A DNA stretch of 64,000 nucleotides from Mustelus asterias (GCF_964213995.1 NC_135814.1:49662001-49726000), one strand, 5' to 3'; shown: positions 48,357 to 62,172, numbered from the stretch's first letter. Translations and numbers: made by a program. Notes: generated by a model not told the origin, from the letters alone.

Positions 48357-51300
48357 TTTAGGCTCCTGATGCTCTCAACCCAATCAGAGGGCCAGTTACT
48401 ATAGAGTCTGGGCAGCCCCACTGGAGAGGTGGCTGCTGCCGAGGCAGGTGTGAAACTTCAATGGCACCTCAGAATAAGGCATGAATTTAAACTACAAATT
48501 CGAGAGAGCCAAGCAGTCAGGGCCCGTGGGGCACAGAGAAAAACCCTCTGGCAACAGAGTTTGTGCTTTTGGTCCAACCCTTACAGTCGGCATACCCCTC
48601 TTTGGGAGGAAAGGAGACTCCAGCTCTGATGGCCCTCCAATCTGCCACAGAGAGGCCCCTGCAGCCTCCTCACACAGCAGGGGGCCTCTCTGCCAATAGC
48701 AAAATGCCAGCAGGCCCTCTAGATTGCTCCTAATTGGGGCCTTAATTTTATAAATTGGCTGCCCGCTTCTGTTCACCTGCGTCCTGGCTCGTCTTCCCCA
48801 TGAGTGGCAATGCGTTGAGGTACCAATCCTTGTGGATTTCCCCCCCTCTTCCTGATCTCTTCTCTTTCCCAAGCCTGCCACCCTGGAGCCAGGCAAATAC
48901 TGCCCTGGGATTCATGATTCTTCAAGATCTCATGTTACACATTACAAAGCAGAATTGGCAGCTGAACAGAACTATGTTCCAAGTACAGGTATCTCAAAAA
49001 TTTGACCATCATGTTTCCTAAGCAATTAGCATCCCATAAATGACAATTTTTAAACCAATTATTAGCAATATCCAGTATTTGATTAAATGACACTGCACAA
49101 TGTAATATTAAAATATCAAACACAGCTGCAGAATATAATGGATTACTGATGAAAGATAAAACAACAGCCACATCAATCACATTTGTGTCTTTGTAAAGAG
49201 AATGGTCAGTAAGAAATGCCCAAAACAGCATCAGCAAAATCTCACACATGGATGTCAAGAAAGTCTATTCAAAATTGTAAATCAAAACCAAGTTCACTTA
49301 CAACTCAGTGTGGAAAACTCAACTGAAATATTGCACCAACTGCCCACTCATCACTTAGCTGGTAATTTAGTCATTAATAAAAATCTCGCAATGAAAATAT
49401 TAATCTTCACTGAGTAACACTAATATGGTAACATTCCATCAAAAAGAATCTCTGCAACAGCAATTCCTTCACCGCTCACAGCCAATATCTGACTGATTAT
49501 AAACTGACTCAACTCCAATACCTACAGACCAACTACAAGGCAGTATTGAGGATGACACTGGAACAATCCAAGGTCTAGACCTCTTGCGACAAAGAAGGAC
49601 ACGGCATGACAGTAAGAGCTTGGCATTATTATTGGGGTTAAACTGACGGCAACGTCTGGAGTCCACACATGCACATTTAAACACAGAAATGCACAAGTTA
49701 CTGCCAGTGCTGCCTACCAGTCTGCAAGCTGAGTTGTTGCAGTCTTAAGCTGAGCTGTTGCAGTCTTCCCCCCCGAAGGAATCTACGCCAAGGTTATTAC
49801 GATGTCGTGAACTTTGATTAAATTATCTGCCAGCCTTGCACTAAATGCAGATGGAAAAGTTGTGGTTGTAGAATCGGGTAAAGTGAGTTTTTAGATGGTA
49901 AGGGGAGTGATTTGTACGGCTGAACAACCTATCTGGCCTGAAAATTACATCTTGCAAGTTATCAAGTCTCATTCACTCAGAAGAAAATGAATTGCGCAGA
50001 ATTTTTCTACTTAACGGATGGTCTCTTAAGAGCCTCCTCCCACCAGCGCTAGGATTTTACCCATGGTGGTAGCAGTCCACACAATGTGGTAAAGTTGCCA
50101 GGTTGCAATCTAAGGGTTAGGATTCCTCTTGCATGTGCACCCTGTGTCCAACAGTGTCTCCACCCCACGCCCCCCCTGCAATGCCTTCCCCAGCCCCGGA
50201 AACTGGACCCCCATCCCCCTTGCCAGGGACTGCCTGTAGTCCCAGCAGTGGCCATTAATAGATATCTGTAACTCTACAAGTGAGGGCCAGTCATGGGCCC
50301 CTGTTGATTTAGAAACAAAGTAATTTTGACTGTGTGTAGTAAGACTTCCATTTTCTGTTAATATTCCAATTGCATAGTTTAAAGAGCTTTAGCTTTCAGC
50401 AAGGGACACGGTACTCCTGGTTCTGGCTTGAAAAAAATCTGAATGTTCCCAGAACACACGTTACCTTACCGAGTTGGTAAATTCGACAAAAAAAAATTGT
50501 AGGCTGCCTTTATTGTGACATCTTTGCGATGAAAACAAACCATGAAAAATCAACTATGACAGTCAGAAGCACAATTTCTATGTCATGGCAACCTTAATCT
50601 CAGACCAAAATTGAAATAACGCTGTTTATCCACGCATGAGGGTAGAGAATGTGTCCAAAGGGGGTAGGAGAAGCAGCTGTTCTAATCATTTGCATGTGTG
50701 TGTCTGCATGTGAAGAGAGATCATCCAGCATCGGCAAGTAGGTGCTGTGTGGATGACACAAGGAGGACTGAATGGGGAACAGATTGCCTGTTTGGTGAAT
50801 GGTGCACTTTATGTGACAGAAGGATTGCTTTTAGATTCAGATTCCTCGCCACCACCACCACCATTTTGTTCTACCAGTATACTCCAGTCTTATTTTAGGT
50901 ATTAAATTCCCTCCAACAGTGTTATAGTTGCACAATCCGACAACGTTTTGGTCTCTTCACATTGCAGTACTAAAATAGTTATAAACTTTCAACCCCATTG
51001 AAGCATTTTTAACAATCTGAATAAAATAGTTTGTCCTTTAAAAACTGTACTTTATAAATACCTTTCCCTGATATTTTATTCATCTTTCTCAATATTTTAT
51101 TTCCGGTGAAGTGCTTTACATTGCAGTTCTAATTTAAATGCACATTTTAAGCTAATTTCAGATGCATGTTCAGTAATGGCTTTGATGCCACTCCAAACAT
51201 TCGTCTAACCTCCTTCGCACCACTCCTAAATGGAATGAACAAAAAATCTTTGCCCCCTCAATGATCTATTTTACATATATTTATATATGCATGTATAACA

Positions 51301-51556
51301 GCTGCACTGACAACACCAGAAGCTGATGAATATGGATCTCAGGTGTACAGCTGAGGAAAGGTGATATATATAAATATATATATATAAATGCAGCCAGTTC
51401 AAAAGAATGGAAATTTTTAGAACTGTCACCTCCAATAACACAAAAATTGATGTAAAGTATTTCAACATAGAAGGCACAGGTGGTTGTGAAGTTTAGATTA
51501 AATGAATAATGAGTCATGGACAGGATTCAGAGGTTTGATAGAAAGCTCGTTGATAA

Positions 51557-51863
51557 ATCATAGAATCCCACAGTGCAGGAGGCCATTCGGTCCATTGAAC
51601 CTGCACCAACAATCCCACCCAAGCCCTATTCCCGTAACCCCACATATTTATTCTGCTAATCCCCTTTAACCTACACATCCAGGGACACTAAGGCGTAATT
51701 TAGCATAGCCAATCAACCTAATCCGCACAACTTTGGACTGTGGGAGGAAACCCATGCAGACACAGGGAGAATGTGAAAACTCCACACAGACAGTGACCCA
51801 GGAATTGAACCCAGGTCACTGGCACTGAGAGGCAGCAGTGCCAACCACTGTGCCACCGTGCCG
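51557..51863 (-). mobile_element. HE1-like V-SINE, CR1-type tail
   Basis: Reverse-complement copy with a ~20-bp deletion in the V-domain direct repeat. Confidence 0.93.
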
Positions 51864-53399
51864 TGCTTAAAGATGAGTTTGGCAACATTTTTAGCAGCTG
51901 GAGGAAATGTGCAAATTAGCAAGACAACTCCAAAGACTCTGGGCAATGGAAAAATTCACAAGAGACCAGATTCAGAAGGCTGAAGGGTATGTGAGGAGAC
52001 ACAAGGCCAGAAGAAGTTGAGTCACAATGAGGCAAGCCAGTTGGCGGGATTGGAAGATGAGGATTTAAAAATTAATCTGTTGGGAGAATAAGCTGAACAG
52101 CAAGGACAGAGAGGATGAACAAGCGGCACTTAGCACAGAACAGGTATAGGCAGCTAGAGTTTGTGCAGGTTGCAGTTTATCCTCAATGGTGGATGTGAGG
52201 CGAGCAGAGGGAAATGGAATCCTAGTGTGATTGGGCTGGGAGATAAACTGCATACAATTCCATCTGTTTTGCAATGATATTTTGCAGACAAACCATGACT
52301 TGTTAAACTTGCCTACACTGCAAATATTTTCATTATTTAAAGCAACAGGTTTCAGCATGCAGATTAAGATCTGCATCTAAAGTACAATCTGGTAGCTGTT
52401 AGATTAACATGGATAAAGATAGCCAGTAATTCCAACAGTCAATCAGTACAGAGTAGTTGAATGAACAATTTTAGGACAGCAAATGGAAACTGAGGCATGA
52501 CGAGTAGACTGTTCCTTGCTGCCCAATTGTACCTCCTCAGGTTGAGGCTTTACAATCTGCATTAATAGACAGGGAAGATCAACATTCCTAGAATAAGTTC
52601 AGCTTCCACAGTTCCATGGTTTCAACATTATCCACTTCCAACATAATTGATATCACAATAAACATTTTTAATTGGAATGATGTGTTCATTAAAGCACTCA
52701 CTGCTCTGCTTCACGTGGTGTCAAAACATGTTGAAAGACCGGTTTTAACCACATCAGTGAACGAGCTAGTAAAAATGTTACTTGTGAAAAGTGCCATTCC
52801 AGGGTAAACGCGCTGAATGTCGATCAGGCTGAGAGTTAGGACAAGCGAAATGTCCTGTTGAACTGGAGTAAATTAAGAGCAGGTTTAAAGCAAATAATGG
52901 TCATACGTGCAGCCAGTTAAGCACTTTTGTAACCCATATCTTTTCTGGTCCTGTAATTTCCTTCACAGGCAGTGATTGCAACTATGCAAGTTCACCAGTA
53001 ACACAATTGACAAAGGCCATTATTGCAATTCCCAGAATAGCTACACCCTCAATAATTTGTATCATTAGCAAGTGTTTACATTTAATTAAAATTAAATGAA
53101 TTTCCTGGGACCTAGGTAAATATGACACAACTGATCGAGCATTTCAGAGAGATTTAAACCATGAAAACAACATTTCAGTAGATAATTTCTGGCCATTGTG
53201 TCGATAATAGCAGCAAGAGACCTATTCAGTCTGTGCCCCTTCATTAATGGGAAAATGATGGTGGATGGAATTCAATGTGAAGAAGGGCAAGATCTGAGAA
53301 TGACTAATCAGAATATTTTCTCAACAAGGTGGGACTTGGAAGTGTGGAGGAGCAAAGGAATTTGGATGCGCTGTTAATAAATTGTCACACTGCTTATCC

Positions 53400-53572
53400 T
53401 TTTTTTAATTAATTCATGGGACATGGGCATCACTGGGTGGCCAGCATTTATTGCCCATCCCTAGTTGCCCTTGAAACGGAGTTGCCTGCTAGGCCATTTC
53501 AGAGAGTAGTTGAGAGTCAACCACATTGTTGTGGCTCGAGTCACATGTAGGCCAGGTAAGGACAATAGATTT
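53400..53572 (-). mobile_element. SINE family B, 3' half
   Basis: GCCAGCATTTATTGCCCATCCCTAGTTGCCCTTGA...GAGTCAACCACATTG...GAGTCACATGTAGGCCAG matches 18305-18425. Confidence 0.85.
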
Positions 53573-53599
53573 ATACAAGACTCGGTGAGGAAAAATTTA

Positions 53600-53970
53600 C
53601 TCCAGTAGCGAGAAGACTGAAGAAGCTATTGTTTTTGGTCCCCACTCCAAACTCCAATCCCTAGTTACCGACTCCATTCCTCTCCTTGGCAATAGCCTGA
53701 GACTGTTTGCAAACTTGGTTTTACATTTGACCCTAGATAGAGTTTCCGTGCTCATATCTGCACCATCACTAAAACCATCTATTTCCACTTCCCTAACATT
53801 GCCCAACCTTGCCCCTATCTGAGCTCATCTGCTGCTGAAACCTTCATTCTTGCCTTTGCTACCCTTGAGTCAACTATTTCAATGCACTCCTGGCTTGTCT
53901 CCCATATTTGACCCTCTACCAAAACTCAGCTGCCCGTGTCTTAACTCACTCCAAGACCTGTTCACCCAGG
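53600..53970 (+). mobile_element. L2-clade LINE ORF2 fragment
   Basis: Degenerate KTE.AIVFG...NLG..FDP..SF..HI..ITKT.YFH..NIA...AETFI.AF...NALLA.LP...QNSAARVLT. Confidence 0.8.
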
Positions 53971-54275
53971 ATGAGGGGCGGGTTAGTGTGTGTGGTAGGG
54001 GGAATGGACGAGAGGGCAGGGACTGACATGTGTGGTTGGGGAAGGAGAGACAGGTTGATTACTGTGTGTAGTGGGGAATGGGCAAGAAGAAAAGAGAGGG
54101 ATTGATGTGTGTGGGGTTGGGTAAGGGGAAAGGGGCTGATTACTGTGTGTGGTGGGGGAATGGGGGAGAGGGGCTGATTACAGTGTGTGGTGGGGGAAGG
54201 GGAGAGGGGAAGGACTGATGTGTGTGTGGTGTGGGAATGGGGGAGAGGGGTTGATTACTGTGTTGAGGGGGGCAA
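53970..54275 (+). repeat. G-rich degenerate ~33-bp minisatellite
   Basis: Repeated GGGGAGAGGGGCTGATTACTGTGTGTGGTGGGGAA-like units. Confidence 0.8.
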
Positions 54276-54577
54276 GATACTGGTTATTTTGTGTATGGGA
54301 TTGGCAGCAAAGGGACTTCACTGATTTTTCTGTCAATGTGGAACATAGAGAGTTTGGCAAAAACCCACATGAACACATCAAAATATTACCAGTTTTACAA
54401 AGTACTTTAAAAACACATTCATATTTATATGATGTTGATCTAGAAGATGTGAACTTTGATAATTATATACTGAATGTTACCATTCAGCTTTATTGCTGTT
54501 CTGTTTTTGCTGGTCTCTGAGGTCATGTTAATTTTCAAGTGTTAAAATGGGATCACATTCGAGATTAGTTCGGGAAG

Positions 54578-54795
54578 CACAGCTCCAGGCTCTGGAATTT
54601 CCTCCCGACACCTCTCCACATCACTCTTTTCCTTTAAGACACTTCTTAAAAACAAACCTCTTGGACCAAGCTTTTGGTTGATTGTCCTCATATCTCCTTA
54701 TGTGGATTGGAGTCATATTTTGTTTGCTATAAGGTGCCTTGGGATGTTTCATTACATTAAAGACACTATGTACCTGTAAATATAAATTGTTGTTG
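54578..54795 (+). mobile_element. L2 LINE 3' end
   Basis: CTCTGGAATTTCCTCCC (LWN.LP)...TTTAAGACACTTCTTAAAA...GTGCCTTGGGATGTTT...TATAAATTGTTGTTG tail. Confidence 0.7.
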
Positions 54796-55419
54796 CCCTC
54801 AGTTCACTGAAAGCTAATGTACAGGGTCCAAAAGGTAATCAAAATATCTGGGCCAGAAGCTGTGTTCAAGTCCCACACCAGGACTTGTTGACCATAGAAG
54901 CAGAGTAGGTTAATAATCTATCTGGGAGTCCTTCCACCACCTCCCAAACTATTCCCCAAAGAGGGAAAAGTGTGTGTGAAGACACGCTTTTTTAAATAAT
55001 TCCTGTCTGCTGGTACCATCCGATCAAATCTGTTTCTTTGAATGGGAGATATTTCTGGAGGCGCTGTGATTTGTTTAGCTAATGGTATAAATGAAAGGGA
55101 GGTGGAGAGGCTTGAAACTGAGACTTAAAGAGCAGAATTGGTGCAGGTGTGGGGCAGCTTGCAGCCAAGGCAGTTCCTTGGAGGCAGCATGTCAGGGGAC
55201 TGCCCACACAGTAAAGGATAAATTCATTACTTTGTGAGAGAAAAACCAGGAGACATACAGGGAGCAATAAGGCTCAGTGTAGACTGGAAGATTCAGAGGA
55301 AAGCAAAAAGATAGGCGAAGAAAGGAAATGTACAATTTGTGTCCATCAATGGCATTGATGATGTGTGCATGCACACAGACGCTCTCAGGGAGTGCTAACT
55401 ACTCATTGTATTAAAGTTT

Positions 55420-55700
55420 CTCTTCATGTTGTCTTTGGTTCTTTACCTAGTCATCTTAACTCTCTGTCCTCTGCTTCTTGATCTTTCCACCAACTGGAAC
55501 AATTTCTCTGTCTACTTTGTCCAGACCCTTCAAGGTTTTGGACACCTCAATCAAATTTCCACTCAACCTTCTCTTCTCTGAGGTTCCTGCAATCTATCCA
55601 CGTAACTAAATCTCTCATTCCCGGAACCATCCTCTTTTCTGCTCCCACTGTCACACATTCACATTCTTCCTGAACTGGGCACAATACTCCAGCAGAGGAT
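55420..55700 (-). mobile_element. Old CR1 fragment
   Basis: TTTTGGACACCTCAATCAAATTTCCACTCAACCTTCTCTTCTC and AACTGGGCACAATACTCCAG (LEYCAQF). Confidence 0.7.
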
Positions 55701-55897
55701 GACAATCAAACGACACGGTTTGAAAATGCCATACGTTTTTAAAGTGTTATACAAGACTGATCAGATACGCAGCCAGTCTTAGATTTTTAAACTTATTACT
55801 GCATTACAAACTCCATTCTCTAAATAGTCCAGCGGCAGGACATGCAATTTATTTTGCAAGATCTAAAGATACACAGATTTATTTACAAAAACAATTT

Positions 55898-56206
55898 AGG
55901 GCGGCATGGTGGCACAGTGGTTAGCACTGCTGCCTCACAGCGCCAGGGACCCAGGTTCAATTCCAGCCTTGGGTCACTGTGTGGAGTTTGCATATTCTCC
56001 CCGTGTCTGCATGGGTTTCCTCCGGGTGCTCCGGTTTCCTCCCACACTCCAAAGATGTGTGGGTTAGGTTGATTGCCCCTTAGTATCTGGGCAATTAGCG
56101 AGGTAAGTATGTGGGCTCACAGGGATAGGGCCTGGTTTGATTGTTGTCGGCGCAGGCTCCATGGGTCGAATGGCCTCCTCCTGCATTGCAGGGATTCTAT
56201 GATTCT
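55898..56206 (+). mobile_element. HE1-like V-SINE, CR1-type tail
   Basis: Head, V-domain and GGGATTCTATGATTCTA tail. Confidence 0.93.
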
Positions 56207-57989
56207 AACTTCCACACGACAATATTTTTCATGATACATCAAGCACTTGAGTTAAAGTGTTGGTCTTATCTTTGGATAACTGGGAAATCCTGTTTTCTTC
56301 ATCGTAAAAGTTCAACTGAGGTTGAAGTGTAATTTCTAACAGAAACATCTGCGGCAATGACCAGAAAAAGAGGTGACAGGAAAGCTTGCAGCCTGTCCAC
56401 CTGGAAGGACCAGGGTCACACAGCCTTTTCCCATGAACAATAACTTTAACACTTCAGGTCACATATCCTGGCAAATGTTCCAGTCCCAGTACCCGACCAA
56501 GTACATCTCCAACTGATGGACTGATCAGTGGGAAAACCCATCAGTAAAATGCAGGGAGGTTTGGAAAGAGGTAATGTTTGAAAATCAATTATTATGCAAA
56601 GAGTTGATTCCAAATTTAGCCAGTTTGCTATTACCAGTCAATTCTGATCATTTTAATACAACAAGCAGGAAGTTTAAACTTTTAATTATACAGACACCAT
56701 TAAATATACATTAGCTTGGTCAACAATGAGCAAAAATGATGCAATGTGTGCCCTCTGTCCATTCATCTCAGACCAGTTGGGCAGATGCAGCTTAGATTCA
56801 GGTGGGTTGTGATGAAACAGGCTGGAGGGCCATATGACCTCCATGTGCTTTTGTTTCTGTCCCATCGACAATGAAATGAGCTTAGCCAGTCTCAATCCTC
56901 TTTGGTGGGCATGACGTACAGCACAAAGCTCTGTTTAGTTCAGCAGGAACTGACAATATCATTCAGATAGGTCTGTACAGAGTTAATATAGGAAATGAAA
57001 AATGTCTCAGGTTCATTAGAGATGGTATTCTGGGGTTGGGCCAAGGCATGCTGTGGGGGAACTGAGCTTTGTCCTCTGTGTCGCGCTGTGTAAATCACCA
57101 AACTCGGGACTGCTTGATGTTGGCACCGGGTACTTGAAATAAAAAGTGTTCCATTCCGATGTACCAACTTCCCTTCCCTTACCTTAACAACGTTACCACA
57201 ACAGCAAAAGATTATACTGCACATTTGAAGAAGCAGAGTGTCACAAGGTAGAAATCATAGAATCACAACAGTGCAGGAGGTCGTCATTCGGCCCATCGAG
57301 TCTGCACCAACTCCCCTAAAGAGCAAGGTGTTCCAAATGCAGGAAAATAAAAAGACCTGAGATTACCCACATGCACAATTTTTCTTTTGTGTTTCTGTAA
57401 TGTGAAAGCCAAAAGATGCTATATAATTTGTAATAAAGCGTAATCGCCGACTTCCTCCAATCATTAAAAAATTCCAGGTTTGTGGGAGCTCATTAGGTAC
57501 ATAATTAAAATTTTTGCCAGAAGGCATAATGCAGCAAAAGGCCTAGGAACTGCAAGTGCAATCTTTCTAATAGTTTAATGTGTGCACCTTATATGTAAAC
57601 ATTCGGAACCATCCTAAAGATGTGCATATTACACTGTTTTCATTTACACTTAGGATAGTTTACAAGAATCACTGTGATATAAATTCTTAAGATAGTTAAA
57701 ACCAACTAATAAATTCGCAGCACTCTCTGAAATAGTAATGACTTCTCCAAAATTAACTGCAATTTAATCTAAACACAAGAAAAAGAGAAGCAGCACTTTA
57801 CTACTAATAGGTGAGCTTTCATATACACGAGATGTAGATTAATTCTTGTCTGTAAAAATGCCAACGATTTCCAAAAGTTAAGATCTATCCACTACAAGCA
57901 ACCATTTTCTGATAGGCTGGTTAGAAGTCCACTAAAAGCAGGACAATTCTATCCTGGCCAATTACCATCACATCAGTTACTTTTGATCA

Positions 57990-58525
57990 TCAGCAGTGAT
58001 GGGCAGTGTCATCCACAGTGCTGTCAAGCAGTACTTACCCAGCGTTAACTACTCACTGATGCTCAGTTTGGGTTCTGCCAGGGTCACTCAGGTCCAGACC
58101 TCATTACAGCCTCAGCCAAACACAGACAAAGAGCTGAACTCAAGAAGCGAGGTGAGTATTACTGCCCTTGATGTGATGGCAGCATTTGACCAAGTGTGGC
58201 AGCAAGCAGCCCTAGCAAAACTGGAGTCAATGAGAATCAGGGAGAAAACTCTCCACTGGCTGGAGTCAGGTCTAGCTCGAAGGAAAACTTTTGTGGTTTT
58301 GAGGTCAATCATCTTTGTCCCAGGACACTGCTGCAGGAGTTCCTCAGGGTAGTGTCCTTCAGCTGCTGCATCACAAGGTCAGAAGTGGGGATATTCGGTG
58401 GCGATTGTGCAGTCTTCAGGGCTATTCACGATTCAGGGCTGACGCAGCCCTTGTCCATCGGCAGCAAGACCTGGATAACACTCAGGTTTGAGTTGACAAG
58501 TGCCAAATAACACTGACGCCACAAA
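57990..58525 (+). mobile_element. RT fragment of the second LINE family
   Basis: ITALDVMAAFDQVWQQAALAKLESMRIREKTLHWLES and GGAGTTCCTCAGGGTAGTGTCC (GVPQGSV). Confidence 0.85.
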
Positions 58526-58947
58526 AAACCCAAATAATAAATGGCATGTTTCAGCATGCAAATTATTTCATAATTGGGATCAGCAAGATGCTACAAGCAC
58601 AGTATAATTAACTTAACACATCTTAAATTTACCATTCTATTTGAGTATTCTGCAATTGATAGTGATAATCTTACATTGATTTGATTGTAATTTCAGTTGT
58701 TAAACACTTTGAATATACGATGTGCTTATCAGATTTTATAATCAACAAAATCAAGGGCAGCATTTTGCCAGTATAGCGTAGGTGACCTCGGGATCCTGGG
58801 GGAGGTGGGAAAGTCCCAGAATCTGATGTCAGATCAGGCGAGGATTGAAATAGAACAGGGAAACCACTGGATCCGTCAAGTAATTAATTACGTAGCTGTT
58901 AAGGTTATTAAGAAGGTAAATATGAGCTGCTTTAGCTCTGAATCCTA

Positions 58948-59075
58948 TGGGGGGATTTTCCAGCCGCACTCACCCCAAAGCCAGAAAATCCAACCCGAGG
59001 TCAATGGACCTTTGCATGGTCCACCCCCTGCCCGCTACAATTCCCTTGGTGGGCGGGACAGGAAAACACCCCCCT
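58948..59075. mobile_element. ~128-bp MITE
   Basis: GGGGGGATTTTCC...GGAAAACACCCCCC, with an internal TGGACC...GGTCCA hairpin. Confidence 0.7.
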
Positions 59076-60262
59076 AGGTTTCCCAGCCATGCAACCAATC
59101 TGGCAACATCGCACCAGGATCACTGAGGTGAAAGTACGGCAGGAAGAACATCTTCAGTGCAACTGACAAACCAGGAAGGTTTTACTATCGAAGAGCTCCA
59201 GCCATGACCATTGAGAGACTCTTGTTCAAAACACTTTCCCTCTCAGAGCGTGTTTTCATTATTTGACTGGTGATTGCCGACTTCTTAGAAGGCAATTTAC
59301 CTGTCTGGCATTTCACTCCCCTCCGCTGCACTTCCCTGCTACCAGCTTTCTGTCTCCGTTGAGGGGGACAAGAGCAGAAGCCACACAGCCACCAACAGCT
59401 GTCTTCACCTCAGCTTCCACAAAGCAGGGAGGATGGACACCAAGATCCAGCTGAAAGGAGGCGAAAGCCCAACACAAGTTCTACAGGCAGAGAGGATCAG
59501 CCATCTCGACAGGTCTGAGCACCAGGATTACAGGAGGCCCAGTCTTTCACAGCAAGTCGGTGCTGACAACTGCAGCCTCCTGGAACAATACACTCCTCCC
59601 AGTGGAGCAGGTGGGCAGCCACTGGCAATATGTATGTCACTGGAGAACCATTCCTCCCCCAACCCCCCCCCCATGATGAGTCGATCATTTTCTTTTCACT
59701 GAACTGATGTATTTTACTGAATATGTAAAAATAAGCAATTGAAATTTTCAACTATTCTATCCCAGCAGATAGCTTACAGGCATGGGTTCGTCTGGAATGA
59801 AACAAATATACTGTAAGAACTTCTCACTTGAGAAGAAACAACAATTTCAGAGGAGTTTCTCCTCGTGTTCCCAATTCCCCAGTTCCTGACTCACACTGAA
59901 CCAGATGGTGCGTAAACCCGGTGTCCTCTCTGACCCTCAGCTGAGCTTCGAATCTCAATTCCTTGCCATCACTTGTTACAAGTTTCAAGATGCGCCTTAA
60001 TAAACTCTCTCAGTTGCAGCAATACTGGTTACTCCCATGGAGAAGTAGCTTAGGCAATTTAAATGCCCAATGTGTAATTATGCAATGGCATAATCCAATT
60101 GTGCCACAAAAGGATGTCTTTGTCACCTTAGTAGGTCATCGTGAATCTTGCACAGAAGTCAGGGCCAGGATTTATAAGCCCCCTAACTTTATAGACAGCA
60201 AGTGAACAGACAGTAACATTCAAAGCAAATTCTACTCTCTTTATACAATCCCTCTAAAACTC

Positions 60263-60391
60263 AGGCTGAGATTTTCTGGCCAGGCCAGCGGCGGGCATCG
60301 TCAAGGGTAGGATGGGAAAATTTGGAGTCAATTGACTTTTGACCGCTCTCCAAATTTTCCCATCCCGGCCCGCTACTGAAAAATCCTGCCG
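60263..60391. mobile_element. ~129-bp MITE with a perfect internal 18-bp stem
   Basis: GGCTGAGATTTTC...GAAAAATCCTGCC ends. GGATGGGAAAATTTGGAG pairs with CTCCAAATTTTCCCATCC. Confidence 0.7.
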
Positions 60392-60731
60392 CTAGAAAAT
60401 AATACATCTCACACCTTGTCCCTTTTGTGAGCCGACTTATTTTTGACAAATCCTAGACAATTTTGACCTACAAAAAGTTGCATCTTGCGTTTTAGCTTCC
60501 AGTCTAGAGCTGCACTTCACCAACTATTAATTAAAATGTGAAAATTGATGTGTCTGCACAAAGACAATAACAACAACATTTATACAGTGCCTTTAAAATG
60601 GCTAAAACTGTACCAGAGTAACACTCAGGAGCATTATTTTATCATTTTATCTGTGCTCCATCTATTTCTTTGCCTTGTAGTAATTCACCACAAAATCTTG
60701 GGGTATGTACTTGAAGAATGGACTGGACACT

Positions 60732-60858
60732 GGGGCCAGAATTTTACCACCTCGCACCACCCAGAACCGGGGCGGGCGAGGCTCACAGAATGGTATTCTC
60801 TGTTGGCCTCAGGCGGGATCTTACGAGTCTCGGACGGGTGAGGCGGTAAAATTCCGGC
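60732..60858. mobile_element. ~127-bp MITE, Harbinger/Tourist-type TIRs
   Basis: GGCCAGAATTTTACC...GGTAAAATTCCGGC. Same family as 11289-11413. Confidence 0.8.
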
Positions 60859-61042
60859 AGGGGTGCGGATGGCCAAAAAGCATCTCCCCACCAGCTCCTG
60901 TTTTCTCAAATCGTCACAGATCCAGAGGAGGACAAAGGAAATGCTTCAAGGACTCTGACGCTCGCCTTGAAGCGCAGCAGCGCTGAACTTAATGACTGGG
61001 GGAGCTCGCTATCCATTGTTCAAAATGGTGACAAATTGTCCA

Positions 61043-62172
61043 TCAAGGTTAAATCTCATGGCATCCAGGGTGAGGTATTTAAATGGATACAAAATTGGTT
61101 TCTTGACAGAAGCCAGAGGGTGGTTGTAGAGAATTGTTTTTCAAACTGGAGGCCTGTGACCAGCGGTGTGCCTCAGGGATCAGTGCTGGGTCCACTGTTA
61201 TTTGTCATTTATATTAATGATTTGGATGAGAATATAGGAGACATGGTTAGTAAGTTTGCAAATGACATTAAGATTGGTGGCATAGTGGACAGTGAAGAAA
61301 GTTATCTCCAATTGCAACAGGATCTTGATCAATTGGGCCAGTGGGCTGACGAATGGCAGATGGAGTTTAATTTAGACAAATGCAAGGTGATGCATTTTGG
61401 TAGATTGAACCAGGGCAGGACTTACTCAGTTAATGGTAGGACGTTGGGGAGAGTTACAGAACAAAGAGATCTCGGGGTACATGTTCATAGCTCCTTGAAA
61501 GTGGAGTCACAGGTGGACAGAGTGGTGAAGAAGGCATTCGGCATGCTTGGTTTCATCGGTCAGAACATTGAATACAGGAGTTGGAATGTCTTGTTGAAGT
61601 TGTACAAGACATTGGTACGGCCACACTTGGAATACTGTGTGCAATTCTGGTCACCCTATTATAGAAAGGATATCATTAAACTAGAAAGAGTGCAGAAAAG
61701 ATTTACTAGGATGCTACCGGGACTTGCTGGTTTGAGTTATAAGGAGAGGCTGGATAGACTGGGACTTTTTTCTCTGGAGCGTAGGAGGCCGAGGGGTGAT
61801 ATTATAGAGGTCTATAAAATAATGAGGGGCACAGATCAGCTAGATAGTCAATATCTTTTCCCAAAGGTAGGGGAGTCTAAAACTAGAGGGCATAGGTTTA
61901 AGGTGAGAGGGGAGAGATATAAAAGTGTCCAGTGGGGTAATTTTTTCACACAGAGGGTGGTGAGTGTCTGGAACAAGCTGCCAGAGATAGTAGTAGAGGC
62001 GGGTGCAATTTTGTCTTTTAAAAAGCATTTAGATAGTTACATGGGTAAGATGGGTATAGAGGGATATGGGCCAACTGCGGGCAATTTGGACTAGCTTAGG
62101 GGTTAAAAAAAGGGGCGGCATGGACAAATTGGGCCGAAGGGCCTGTTTCCATGCTGTAAACCTCTATGACTC
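61043..62172 (+). mobile_element. Young 5'-truncated CR1 LINE (RT C-terminal half plus 3' UTR)
   Basis: About 350 uninterrupted codons: [50 protein letters not shown] and TRGH. Tail TTGGGCCGAAGGGCCTGTTTCCATGCTGTAAACCTCTATGACTCT. Confidence 0.96.

Noticed and set aside
45940-50720. Isolated transcription-factor motifs (TGACAGGTGTCA ~46189, GTCATGGCAAC ~50582) as enhancers
   Set aside because: Short motifs are expected by chance in 64 kb and cannot be supported without conservation or chromatin data.
60967-62094. 375-aa ORF as a host or functional RT gene
   Set aside because: It is 5'-truncated CR1 ORF2 with a non-ATG start in unrelated flank, lacks the endonuclease and RT N-terminus, and has a FAND active site.
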